Shown: positions 25,901-38,600, numbered from the stretch's first letter. The stretch: DNA of 64,000 nucleotides from Pocillopora damicornis (GCF_003704095.1 NW_020845578.1:248001-312000); one strand, 5' to 3'. Translations and numbers: made by a program. The notes: generated from the letters alone by a model not told the origin.

Positions 25901-28900
25901 GATTCATCGTTTGAGAGGGAAAATGGGCAGAGGTGAGGTTAGACGCTACTTAGCTATTTTTATACAGTGACAAGTACAAAAGCAAAAACCATGGTATGAC
26001 AACACTCTGGAATTGAGCTAACACTATATTGTTTAGTCGTGACTGAAAGATAGAAACTTAAATTCCCCATCAATCTGATGAGTGCAACCAGATAAAAAAT
26101 TAATGCAGTTCACAATGATTAAATGGTAAAAAAAAATGATGATCTGGAGAATAATAACATACTTAAGTTTGTTATCGGGATTTATATTGCTAAATATGCG
26201 GCTTTAATCAAGGTCGGTGATTCTCCAGGAATTATAGCTTAGCCAACCAATGATGAACATGCATACTTTCAACATTTCTTGTTCCACCAGTAGGCGGGAC
26301 GAGTTTTGCTATTATTGTTGCTTAAGAAACTAGAAAACGGCACCGAAACAGGTAGGAATTGGCAAGTAGAGTTGCAATCCTAGAATTTAGTTTGCTTTTA
26401 TCGTGATGATGTAATTAAATCTTATCCTGAGTTTAGTTAAAATCAGAAGTAAAAAATATTAATGGTGAGTGATTCATGCAGATCTTTTCATGGCTCGGTG
26501 TTTTTCTTTTTATAAAGATTTAGTCTTCCTGTTATTTGTTATTCAGAAAAATATATTTCATTAAAGCCTGCATTACGTGCCAGATGGTGCGCTAGTGTTT
26601 GTCGACAGAATTACGCGCGCTAAGGCTCTTTTAGGCCAATTATAACAAACCAGTTCTTCTCTAGATATGTTGTCAAAAGCGAAAAAAAACATCATAATTG
26701 CTTTATTTTCAAATTTCTCCAAAAAAATCAGTACCGAGGCCAGCGAGCAAACGCGAGAGCGGATGGTTACTCAGACTGCAAATAGGCTACCTCAGTACTG
26801 ATCAGACAGCTTTAACTCCTCAGCTCTTCTGAACAAGTGCTATCGACTCCAGACCACACAGGCGATGAAGTCGATGCTGAATGAGTTAGTATACACGGCA
26901 AGCGATTAAATTTGCACAAAAGTTAACTTTGCCTGCACTTTGCTAACTTTTCCTTCACCAGGTTCTAAGAATATTCTGTATTCTGAGTTAAATTGGTGAA
27001 ACTTTTATTTATTTGTCCTCAGTTACTCATTTATCGGTACAGTACCAGCTTCTTATGCCCACTCACAAATACTAACAAACGAAACGGAGAGCTCAGGGCC
27101 TCCTTTAATAACTTATGAAGCGCGCACACCTGTTTGCTTTCCTAACACAAATAAAGAAATGTAATCTCTCATTTTGGTAATATCTTTCCTCCTTCGTGGA
27201 CAAAATTAATCATTCTTAATGAGACAGGGTGTCACAATCATTTTTTATACATCTGGCTTTTCTGAAAGCTTTATCACTAGTGTTCTGTTAGATGTGTTTG
27301 TAATAATAAACGTGGGAATTGTCTAAAGCAAAAACCTTTTAACTTGTTGCACTATCTATTGTGTTCAATGGCTGAATTCATTATTCTGCATATGATAAGA
27401 AATTGTCCGTTTTGCAAGCTGTTTAACAATACCTTATATGCCACAAACATAGCTTAAATACAAAACAATTAAAACAATAATTTGCAGAGTCCTGTCCGGT
27501 GAAAGAGTTAAATCTAATACAAAGAGTTTCCAAACCATATGAATCTTTTTAGAACTGTCAACATAAATGTTCCTCAATAAAAACAATGAAACAAAACAAT
27601 GTTTGATATCTAAACGTCGGATCATAACTGCAGTGAGCTTGGTTCATTTTATTCATGATTCCATCCAGCGAATTTAGTTCATGGCGGTGTGGGTTGATGT
27701 TCGTTTACAGCCATTCTTGTGAGTAAAACAAGCCGGGTGGGTGCGTGTCGATGTGTTTAATTAACTGCAAAATTAGCTTTTCTTTGAACTGATGGTCCAT
27801 ACTTGGCAGGTTGCAAAGTCACCTCGTACATAATAGCCTTAGAAGCTTCCAGCAGCGTCAAGTCCAAGCTATTTGAAATAATTACCTTCATCGGTAGTTG
27901 ATAAGTTCTCAACTTCTGTTGATGACATTTGTCTCTACAAGTACAGTTTGTGCGAAGAGACTAGCAGTTCAATAGCCCGGCGATTGGGGAATCCAGCGAG
28001 GTGAGGAAAAAAGATATTACATTAGAAATGAAATCCCAGGCAATAGTAAAATTAATAACGTCTTCGACTGATTACAACTTCGACAACAAATTGAAGTGAG
28101 CCGATCATGTACCATCAGCTTAGATTATTTAGGATAACGCACTCTCCTTTCACCTCCTGACTACAGATGGCGTGTCAGACCCTGGTGCATTACACGTATT
28201 ACGTGCGTCAATAGAAGGGTTCCAAACCGTCTGATTAAACCGAGGTTTCTTTCGACAAATGTTTTAGTTTCAAGAGCCATCGCGAAGTTTCTGAGACAAT
28301 CCTATAACCGATATTCGTATGTTATATTGACAAGATAATTTTCGCTTTGTTATTTTAGTCACTTCTTGTACAATTTAGCAGAACCTTATCGAAATCGGCA
28401 GATGCGGTTATTACCAGCCGCATTCGACTAGTATGCTTTCTGCAGCTTATTTAACTTTTTTTCGTTGTTGTTGTTCCTTAAAGATCAAATTTGTACCCAC
28501 CTTGAACCAGTTAAAAACTTTTGAGCTTTAACCGACCTTAAAAAGAAAAAATAATTACCATGACAAGAGTAATAAAGGTTTTTTTGTATGCACTATGTAA
28601 AAATGTGATAAGCTAAGCTAATCAGCCGAAACACAAACAAGTCAACTTCAGAAACTATTCAACTCAGCTGTCACGCTATAGGAGCCGTTGGGTTTAATTT
28701 TCCGAACCTTTTAAGAGTAAGAGCTCATGGTACTATTTTTATTGTAAAAAGTTACGATTCAATGTTTACTTTCTTCATTTAAGAATACGACATTGCTGAA
28801 TGAATGTTTGATTACCTACTAAGGTGTTTTCTTTTGGGCTGTAAAACGTTTATATGAAATGTTCAATGTTTTCTTTTCATGGGCGGGAATTGTGGACTTC

Positions 28901-28986
28901 GCTTGTTTTCTGTTCAATTTTCGATCCGGTAATGCTTTTCCTCAAAATCCTAGAGACAATTGTTAGGTACTCCTACATTTAAATTC

Positions 28987-28990
<4 letters not shown>

Positions 28991-29028
<38 letters not shown>
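28991..29028. repeat. Poly(T) tract
   Basis: About 38 consecutive T. Confidence 0.9.
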
Positions 29029-29031
<3 letters not shown>

Positions 29032-31279
29032 GACGATTCGAAATTTTTAGTTTACTTCATCAAATGTAGAAAACTTGATGGTTTGTTTTTGGTGTGGATT
29101 ACTATTTTATTAACTTCAATCATTTTTTTGTTCGCAATTTTTCTTAAAATGGTGAATAACCTGGAACATGAGTATAGTATTTCGTTAGGTCTGATGGAAT
29201 GCCTTAAAGTTCCTGTCTATATAAGAGACTCTGAACATCTGTGAGGAAGTAAGTTTAGGTCATGCTGTCAACATTTTTCCTGCCTAAACCAAGAGATACC
29301 CTTCTAAGGGGGGCATCCTTCACTTAGTGGTTATGCACAGGCGAGAAAGAATTTCTGTCTAAAGACTCAATATTCAAGACCCATCAGCCCCAATTGTAGC
29401 CTGCGGCTGATGAATGGAAAAAAAACTTTGTTGACTCTGCAGATTATGCCTTACCCAAAATTTATCCTTCCACGTGAAGGAGGCATGTAACATGTTTTGA
29501 ACTCTTTTTTACAAATTTTAAATGATTTGAATTCGATTGAATGACACCCGAATAGCGATGAAATCACTCAAAGAAATTAATAGTTTTTTTTACAAAACCT
29601 GGGTATCAAGCGAATATGATTTCAAACGAATTTTAGAAAATGTCTTTATTGTCCAGTGGGTGGTTTGCTTTAGTTTTAAATGGTCCAAAATGAATACATA
29701 TTCAAACAAAAGGTTATTTAAATGTTGTCTTGTCGCGGTTGAAGAAGCCTGTTATGAAGTTGAGAGTGGAATCCGATATGGATTTGACCATATTTTTCCC
29801 CAAATGAATTTCTTGGCAAAGCTTAAGCGACCTTAGGCTCAAAGCAGGTGGGGAGGATAAAGGGTGGAGCTGACATTTGAAAAGTGTGGAGCGTCCTATC
29901 TCGTGCACACATAAAGCAGAGTTTCAATGAGATCATCTCCTCAGTAGAGAAAAAAGAAAGACGTTGAGATTCGATTTTCACATTAGCCTATATTAGAGTC
30001 TCCAGAAGTGACACGAGTTAACTTCAAGTCCGCGTGCATAATTTGTGCTTCTGCTTCTTCACAAAAAGAAAAAAGTCTTCAGACACCAAGCCTTTTCACT
30101 ATTGAAACCAATTACACATTATGGGACAATTAAGAAAATGAAGGTGAGAAGTTGCATTAAACATTAGAATAAAAGCTCCCATAAGCTGGCGGCACCACCA
30201 ATAAAAGGAAAAACTGCAGTAGCTCTGAAACATTTGTTTAGAACTTAAAAAGTCATTGTTTCCCAAAATGTTTAACAAACCTAGCATCCTATTCAAGTCA
30301 TCTGGAATTGTCTATGATGCAAAGCACAAAGCACTTTCTGTTTACTTAGAGCACGTGTATGCTTTTTGAAAATTTCTTTTGATTTTCGTATTTCGTTTCT
30401 ATACATTAGCAGTCTGTAATTAGGTGCTTTGAATGGTCTACAACATTTTTTTACATACTCAACGAGTTATGGTAAATTAATTTGGAAATATTTTACCGTG
30501 CCAACCAACTCCTGGTAACGGATATAAGATATCGAGTCTAAATCTTACGACAATTATCTTATTTGTTTTGTTTTGACAGTGCCCTAGCCCAGTAGTCGAC
30601 TCCCAGCACCACAACGGGCGTTACTGAGAACAAGTGAAAATCAGGTTTGTTTGTTATTTCCTGCATACTTATTGACAAACTTTTAGTTCGCAATAATAAA
30701 AGAACAATTGCGAGTAAAAGAAAAACTTTTACGTAAAAATCTTGCATAAAATGAAAGAGACCTCTGAAGCTAAAGTCAAAGTTGAGAAATAATGGGTGCA
30801 TATACTTTGTGTTGCTGAAAGTTAAGTTTCATATTTTAATGAATCGATTCAAATTTCACCAGGAGAGTCTTGTCATAAGTCAGCAATAAATTTGAACCCA
30901 CCGTAGCACAATTTTGCTCGTCATATTTTCAAATCGACCGCTAATTGTTCGACATTCAATCATCCCATAGCAACGGTAGCGTCAGTCAACAATGACGCAA
31001 TCCAATGACAGCAACAAGGGTCCTGATCCAGCACTCTACCATCTCTTGTACCGAACTCCAGATCTATCAACCCTTTTAGACAAATGGGGCTCCTTTCTAA
31101 AGAGATTTGCTATTTTACTATTTCAATGCTTATCATCCCAATCTACACTTTCGTTAAGTATTGCGAGTCGATTTAAATCAAACTTTTCTACCGCAAATTG
31201 CACAGCAGAAACCGAAGAAATTCATCGAGTACAAGCCGCATTTAGTCCCTTTCTGTCTCAGATTAGTGTCACATTCAAC

Positions 31280-31302
31280 ATGTCCAGTTTTTTGTTGGGA
31301 AG
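31280..31302 (+). CDS. Probable upstream coding exon of the zinc-finger gene (MSSFLLG-S)
   Basis: caacATG at 31280, donor ag|gtaaaa at 31303, acceptor ttcctctcaag| at 31711. AG+T gives Ser in frame with the ATG at 31713. Confidence 0.5.
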
Positions 31303-31712
31303 GTAAAAAGATTTATACGCGTTATACCCCAAACAAACCACAAACTCTAACCACTTCAAAAACTCTTTTGAATTTACATAATTACATTGAATTATGTTCC
31401 CATTTGAAACTGAACAAGGAAAAATCCGCATGATTGATTGTCGATGGACGAAAGTGGATTATATTCTCCGTTAGATCATTAATTCTGAATGATTATCATA
31501 ACAGTTATTTAGCTGGTTTGTCGGCCCCATTGGCAACCCATAGCGTTGTTCACATCCGTTTGGTGACTATTGATCTAGATTAGTCCGCTGAATTTTTCTA
31601 GGGGCCATAAAACCATGTTAAAAAATATGAGCATTTCTAACTGCTGTCGTTTGTCGGGAGGGTCATCGTTAGTATCAGTCACTCTAAAGTCTTTTATTTT
31701 TTCCTCTCAAGT

Positions 31713-34700
31713 ATGTTAAGGAAATCTCCCCGTAGTCAAGAGGAAATGGACAGTTACCCTTCCAGAACTGCGACAGGGGGAAAATATGAATTGAAATATG
31801 GATTTACGGCAAATCTGCCGGCGGAAACCTCGATGGCAAATGTGAACGGAACGGAATGCAATAACGAGATGAAAATATCGAAAATTTCCTCCATCAGTCA
31901 TGACAGATATTTCAGTCAAGGAAAACAGTCACACGTCGATAGAAGTAGTAGAAATTCAAGAGTTCCTTCAGAAGGCTACCGGCAATTGGCAACTGAAATA
32001 GAGAAGAGAACTCATAATAAAGAGCAAGATGGCGCTTCTAGAGACGAAGGTTCTCCTCTACAGATCCAGATCACCTCTACTTTCTCACTCAATCCAAACA
32101 TGTCGTCTAACTCCAGTCACGGCAAGAGGTCAAATTACCCGCAAACAACCTCTTTTTACTCCCAATCCACTCAAAGTCCATCTTGTTTCTCTCACTACTC
32201 GACTCGTCCCATTTTGGGTCAGCGGCACACAACAACGGAAACTAAGACACCGATACTAGCTCATCTCCAAAAAGATTCCCTTGCGATTACATTTAGTTAT
32301 TTTGGAAAAGACTCAGTTGATTCAACGGTGCCCGATGACAAACTCAACCACGCATATGAAATATACACAACAACTGAGCCAAGTAGAATGACTGACGGAG
32401 AAGTATTAAAGGAAGTTTGGAACAAAACTCACTTTTCAGACAAGGATGATAAGCATCTTTTGAAGGATCGTTCCTCTTCAGCGCCACCGATTCATCGCCA
32501 CATTTTTAACGCGGATGTTAGGTCATACCCATCAATACCTCTGGAGTGCTACAGATATGCACATAATACAAGGCAAAATAAATGTGAGGGAAAGAGAGGG
32601 GCACGTGAAAAACATCTAGAACAGTGCTTTTGCATCTGGGATTATCCGAAAGCTCAGTTCTTACTGAGAGGAGGCAGCGAAAACAAAATGCTTCCAGTAG
32701 GAACGAATAATCAGCAAGACAATTCTTGGTCTAATTCACTGCCTATCACAATAGCTGAAGAAACAGGAACTCAAGATGAATCGGTTGCTATGGATCTGAA
32801 AACCAATGAAACACAATTGTCGCCGTACTTCGCCACCGGTGAACATGATTTGCTAGTAGTAACGGATACCAATGACAACGACGATAAAACATGGCTTAAC
32901 GATGCACAAAGACCAATTGGGGTCTTAGCTGGAGAAAAATTGTTACCTTGGAGACATCAAACCCTGTCCGTAGAATCTTTCCATAAATTAGATACAACAA
33001 AAAAGGAGAGACTACAACAAGATGATGCACAAAGTGGCTACCCGTGGGTATTCACATATGAAAATGGTTCCTTCGAGGTAAGTTGTGGAGCAAGACAAGG
33101 TTTGAAGAGAAATCCCCGCAATTCACGGAGATCCAAACGGAAATATGGAAAGGCACGGTTTTACGTCACGCCAGCACCTGAACCATTCCAGAACCTGGAG
33201 ATGCAGCTGGCTTTGGAAAATGACAAGGAACCGGTGGTTAAGATACCAAACTACTTCTTTGATGTCACCCAAGAGAAAAGAGCATATCATAATCCGAAAC
33301 TCGAGCTTGTTAATCCCTTAAGAGAAAAAATTTTTTCAGGCCCTCAGGATTTGAATGTTCAGCCATCACAACAGAGTTGTCTACCCTTTCAAAAACCTCT
33401 AAGCAAACCAACAAAACCAGCACTCAGTGAGGTCAAATGCAACAAAGAATACAGGGAGGTGACAACTTTGGAGAATTCTGCGCCATGCAAAATAAACAAT
33501 AAGGGAACAAGAACCCTAGATGTATACAAAAATTTCACAAAAGGCCAAGGTGCTCTGATTCTAAATAAAAACCCATCTTCGGTCAGAAGCTTTCAATTTT
33601 GTTCATTTAAAGACGAAAGACCAAAGTCTGCCTTCGTGACCCAAAGCTCTTTAACCAGCGTTTCATGTCCGCCACCAACCTTAATGAGTAACTGTCCAAG
33701 GCTTACCAGCCGAAATCAATACCAACCAACATATCCTATTCTGAAACTACCCCAAGAGAGACCAAGCAGAACAATCGAGGGTGTAGGCATTTCTTATGGG
33801 GCTGAAAACTCTTTGAAATCAATGGTAGCTGTTAGCTCTCCTTTTCAACGATCAAGAGAGTTCTTCCAATTTCATGATATGATCGCAAAACGTGTAAGTA
33901 GCGCCACGTGTGAAAGAAAAGACAGATTGGAGTCCACAGAATGTGGATTTCCTTCTAGTAGTTCGCAAAACCAACAAACAACGAACCAACCAAAAAGTGG
34001 TTCGTCGAAAAAAATGGACATTTTACCGCAACTGGGGAGTTCCAAAGCAAATGATTTCACAGGAGAAAAGGAAGGCCTATCACGTTCAGAAACTTGGAAA
34101 GGAATCTTGCATCATGATGTGAACTCCACTTACACACAGACATCTGCCGCTGGAAATCCAACAAAAGAGGTGCCAATTGGGGAACGAAAATATCAATGCG
34201 AGGTGTGTGGACGGGCGTTCAGTCGAAGTAACACTTTAATCACCCACAAGCGCATTCACACTGGTGATAGGCCTTTTCCTTGTGATTTGTGCGGTAGGGC
34301 ATTCCGTCAACTTGGAAACCTAACTCGTCATAAACTGACTCACGCTTCTATCAAACCTCACGCCTGTCCACAGTGCAACAAGTGTTTCAGCCGCACATCC
34401 AACTTAAACACCCATATGCGAACGCACACAAATTACAAACCATTTTCGTGCGATTTTTGCGGAAAGGGATTCCATCAGAAAGTCGACATGAAAATACATC
34501 GCTACACTCACACTGGTGAGAAGCCACACAGGTGTAGCAAGTGCGGTCGCGGCTTCAAACAGCTCACTCACCTGAAGTACCACATGAGAACTCATTCCGC
34601 TGTTCGAATGTACAAATGCGAACACTGCGGCAAAGGCTTCAATCAGAAAGGAAACCTCCAGGCACATATCTATGGACATACGGGAAACAGACCTTACAAA

Positions 34701-34880
34701 TGCGACATTTGTGGAAAGGGATTTACTCTCACTTCTACACTTAACACTCACAAACGTACCCATGCACCAACTAAGCCATTCAAATGTGAGTTTTGTGAAA
34801 AAGCTTTTTACCAAAAGAACGCATTAAAAACTCACTACATATCATCTCACCCATACACGGACGGAGTTTGCCTTCTTTGA
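31713..34880 (+). CDS. C2H2 zinc-finger transcription factor (8 tandem fingers, Fez/Gfi-like array), 1055 aa in one large exon
   Basis: Eight CxxC-x12-HxxxH(x) fingers at ~34191-34850 with TGDRPF, TGEKPH and TGNRPY linkers. The segment NLNTHMRTHTNYKPFSCDFCGKGFHQKVDMKIHRYTHTGEKPH resembles Fezf and Gfi1 fingers. Long Ser/Thr/Gln-rich N-terminus; AATAAA at 35268-35273. Confidence 0.93.
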   Translation: MLRKSPRSQEEMDSYPSRTATGGKYELKYGFTANLPAETSMANVNGTECNNEMKISKISSISHDRYFSQGKQSHVDRSSRNSRVPSEGYRQLATEIEKRTHNKEQDGASRDEGSPLQIQITSTFSLNPNMSSNSSHGKRSNYPQTTSFYSQSTQSPSCFSHYSTRPILGQRHTTTETKTPILAHLQKDSLAITFSYFGKDSVDSTVPDDKLNHAYEIYTTTEPSRMTDGEVLKEVWNKTHFSDKDDKHLLKDRSSSAPPIHRHIFNADVRSYPSIPLECYRYAHNTRQNKCEGKRGAREKHLEQCFCIWDYPKAQFLLRGGSENKMLPVGTNNQQDNSWSNSLPITIAEETGTQDESVAMDLKTNETQLSPYFATGEHDLLVVTDTNDNDDKTWLNDAQRPIGVLAGEKLLPWRHQTLSVESFHKLDTTKKERLQQDDAQSGYPWVFTYENGSFEVSCGARQGLKRNPRNSRRSKRKYGKARFYVTPAPEPFQNLEMQLALENDKEPVVKIPNYFFDVTQEKRAYHNPKLELVNPLREKIFSGPQDLNVQPSQQSCLPFQKPLSKPTKPALSEVKCNKEYREVTTLENSAPCKINNKGTRTLDVYKNFTKGQGALILNKNPSSVRSFQFCSFKDERPKSAFVTQSSLTSVSCPPPTLMSNCPRLTSRNQYQPTYPILKLPQERPSRTIEGVGISYGAENSLKSMVAVSSPFQRSREFFQFHDMIAKRVSSATCERKDRLESTECGFPSSSSQNQQTTNQPKSGSSKKMDILPQLGSSKANDFTGEKEGLSRSETWKGILHHDVNSTYTQTSAAGNPTKEVPIGERKYQCEVCGRAFSRSNTLITHKRIHTGDRPFPCDLCGRAFRQLGNLTRHKLTHASIKPHACPQCNKCFSRTSNLNTHMRTHTNYKPFSCDFCGKGFHQKVDMKIHRYTHTGEKPHRCSKCGRGFKQLTHLKYHMRTHSAVRMYKCEHCGKGFNQKGNLQAHIYGHTGNRPYKCDICGKGFTLTSTLNTHKRTHAPTKPFKCEFCEKAFYQKNALKTHYISSHPYTDGVCLL

Positions 34881-35677
34881 CATTTCATACACGAACGAAG
34901 TGTTCACGAGAAGATCTTTTTATGAGTCGAACTTCCCTTTCATTCTTCCTCTTCGAAAGACTGAAAGGCAGCTTTCTTGTTTGTATCCGGTAACATATTG
35001 CACGCTGGGTAGAGATAGAATATTGTACAAAAAGACAAAATAACGTCAATTGTCATTTTGATTCAAGAAAAAAAAAACCAAGAAACAAAACAAAACAAAA
35101 AGCGAACAAACGAAAGAACCACAAACAAGAAAACAAACCACAAAACCCGAGGTAATTGCTATCGTGTAGCAGTCAACTTGATTTCACTGATTTTATCGGA
35201 AAATGTCAATCAGTTGTTAGAAATTAATACTCTTAGTGAGTTCATTCAGTTATTCTTAATGCCAGTCAATAAACAAAACAAAATATGAAAAAGATGGACA
35301 AGAAATATAAAAAGAGAGAAAAAACGTTCTCTAAAATTGAGTAAAACTTTATTGTAGTTGCGTCATATTCTTATTTCTTTGTACAGAGTAAGTCCATAAT
35401 GCTTAGTATCACATTCTTATTCACAGGAGAAACAATCAAGTATTCATAAATAAATTTGTAGTAGTTACGTTACTTAAATAAATTGCACTGGCAAACGACG
35501 TGAAAAAGCCAACAATTTAGAAATTTAGAGTCTTAAACATTTAAGGGATTGGGAGTAGACCCAAAAATTATGTTCCAAGAATATAAAGAAAGTATTCGTA
35601 GCCTCTTAAATAAGACAAAGCAATCGAGCACTATGTAAATAATTAAAATTTCAATTAGTGCCATGGAAACAACTGTC

Positions 35678-38600
35678 TTACAAGATACTGCATGTTTTCG
35701 ATTTCTTGTCTTTGTTTCTTACTTTTCCCTCACTAGTTGAATCTTTTGTTTGAGAAACCTTACGTTCTGGTGTTATTAGTTTATCGTTTTTCTCGGCAGC
35801 TAAGTCCTTGTTATTGTTATTTGCATCGCTGTTGTCTTCCTTTGAGTCCATCATTGCTAAAAAATGAAGAAAGAAAATTTGTAATCTATCTACAATACAA
35901 TTCTAGTTACCTCCAGTAATAAAAGAGTATGCATAACTGAAGTAGCAGGAATGCTATTGACAACAAATAGCACAGTAATGCTTCGACCCGAAGAGTAACA
36001 GTGATCATACGGTGCAACGATTACATTGGGAGATGGAGGCTAAATCACTGGAACATTTTCACTTGTCTGAAAAACATCCATACTCTGTAAAAAGGGTCTG
36101 AGGTACACCGCTTGTGAGCCCTTGGTAACAGGTCCATTGACATATAGACACAAAAGATCCATCAGATCATAGGAGTGCGTGGCCAAAATAGAATGAACTC
36201 ATTCTCTAACTATTTTGATTAATCGTTTAGTCACCAATCCTCCATACAACGAAGGTTGGCATTCTGATTAAAGATTATTATCAACAAAGTAATATTCTCT
36301 ATGGTATTCCTTACGATTTTTTCAATAAAATGTGTTATTATCACGCCAATCAGAGACTGATCGGGGCTTCGCTTGGGTACAATTACACCTTCACACGTAT
36401 TGAATATGAAACGATCTTTGCAGTAATGAACACTACTTGAGCAGTAGTGAAAATAAGCCCTGAAAAAAAATTCAGGACTGTGCAGGATTTGACCCCATGA
36501 CCTCTGCGATACCAATGCAATGCTCTACCAACTGAGCTATGTGAAATGCAGATAAAAACGTGAATATGAACGCGATCTTCGCAGTAATGAACGCTACTTG
36601 AGCAGTAGTAAAAATAAGGCCTGAAAAAAATTCAGGACCGTGCAGGATTTGAACCCATGACCTCTGCGATACCAATGCAATTCTCTACCAACTGAGCTAA
36701 CAAGCCAACTGGGAGCTGGTTGTTATGTTGGTTCCATAAAAACCCGTTAAGTGATGAATAAATGACAGTGAATATATCAAAATCATATATGTGAAATGCG
36801 GATAAAAACGTGAATATGAACGCGATCTTCGCAGTAATGAACGCTACTTGAGCAGTAGTGGAAATAAGGCCTGAAAATAATTCAGGCCTGTGCAGGATTC
36901 CAACCCATGACTTTTGTGATACCGGTGCAGTGCTCTACAAACTGAGCAAACAAGCCAACTGAGAGCTAGACGTTATATTGGTTCCATATAGACCCGTTAA
37001 GTGATGAATAAATGACTGTGAATATGTCAAAATCAACTTCTTCACTTCAAAATTGTGTGTGTTTGCTCGAGCATGAGGTATATTGCGCTCCACAAGACGC
37101 TTTTTCTGTCACGACATCCAGTGAAGAATTATGTGCAAATAGACGATGACGAAGTAGCGGGCAAACTAGACAGCTGCAGGATGGAGTAAGCAATCAAAAA
37201 AGCCAACATTTAGCCCCCGTCCTCCCCCCCCCACCCCCTCGTCTATCGTCTACTAGCCAAGCACTCCAACAAATGACAATAGTATTGATAGGGTTCCAAC
37301 CTTCTCGAGTGTTCTTATCCGCCAAGGCCAGCCAGTTGTTTTTGTTGTTAACACATCCATCATAAAGAGGTTTCAGACAAGGTTCCAAGTCATAAAATAA
37401 CTGCGGGAAAAGAGCGCATTATAAAGCTAGGCCAGATGACATCACGACATTAATTTAAGTTCAAGGCAGATCAACTAAACAGTTTACCCTTTACAAAAAG
37501 CACCAGTGAACCCTACCTGATACACCGGCATACAGATGAAGTCGATAAAACCAACTTGCATCTTTGGGAGCTCATCTTTCTTTTTCCTATCCATCATTGG
37601 CTATAACGACACCATAAATGCAGGTAAGTAATATTATATGAAACTGTACAGAATGTGGTTCATATGATTGCTGAGAAAATAAATTTCATACCTAGTTCAG
37701 AACCTCAAAGGGCCACAGAAAACAATTTTATTTAACTTTAAAAATGATAAAATAGATCACTTGTCTGCGGAGAAAATACCTGATTCAAGAAATATTAAGT
37801 TCTTACTAAACGAGCGTGAGAGCCGTACTGAGGAATATTGACTTGAAGTCGTGGCAGTACGGAGCGAGCGTAGAGAGGTCCGTCCAAAAAATACCGAGGG
37901 CCAATATTCCCTAGTGCGACTCGAGCAAACGAGGTTTGTAAGTAGTTCATTATACGGCACTCGGAAAAAACTTGCTTTAAATTTCCCGGCTTTCGCGAAC
38001 GAAATACACGCCTAATGTCCGTCTCCGTGGAAAGGGTCCGACCAAATGAGAACCAATCAAACGCTTTACCTCAGGACTACCTTGCCATGCAATTTAATTG
38101 AATTGTACGACACTTCAAAGCATAATTTTGTGATGGTCATATAAAAGCAGATCTACCGTTCACAGATTTACGGTTTACACCTCACAGCATAATTTTGTGA
38201 TGGTCATCTACAGACAGATCGACGGTTCACATCGTGAAGATTGCATCTTCCTTAAAAATTAATAGGTTACATGATACTTACAATAGGTTCAGAATTGAGT
38301 TGTAATCTCTCCAGGTCACCTTGTTCGAAAAACTCGCTTGCAACTAGCTCAGCTACCTGTTTAAAGATTTACGATTTAAAAAAGCCTTCACAAATTCTAT
38401 TCAAAGGCGACCCATTTTAAAACCTAGAATTGTATTCGAATTCGAGGATCAGGTCAGCGGCTACTCTCGAACCATGTTTTGGTGTGGATCCCGCGCGAAA
38501 GAAAAGTCTCAAGCCAGCTCTAACAGTTATTTTTTCTCGAGAGCCCACGTATCACAGCAAGACTCGCGAAAAAAAGGCAGAGAGCAATGAAACTGTTGGT

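Noticed and set aside
34404-34814. 136-aa minus-strand ORF
   Set aside because: Antisense shadow of the zinc-finger repeats.
36234-36263. Extra small PDE exon before the last exon
   Set aside because: Its phase is incompatible with the phase-1 final exon.
36395-37035. True tRNA genes or a CRISPR array
   Set aside because: Eukaryotic context; units are degenerate, lack a clean cloverleaf and have no unique spacers.
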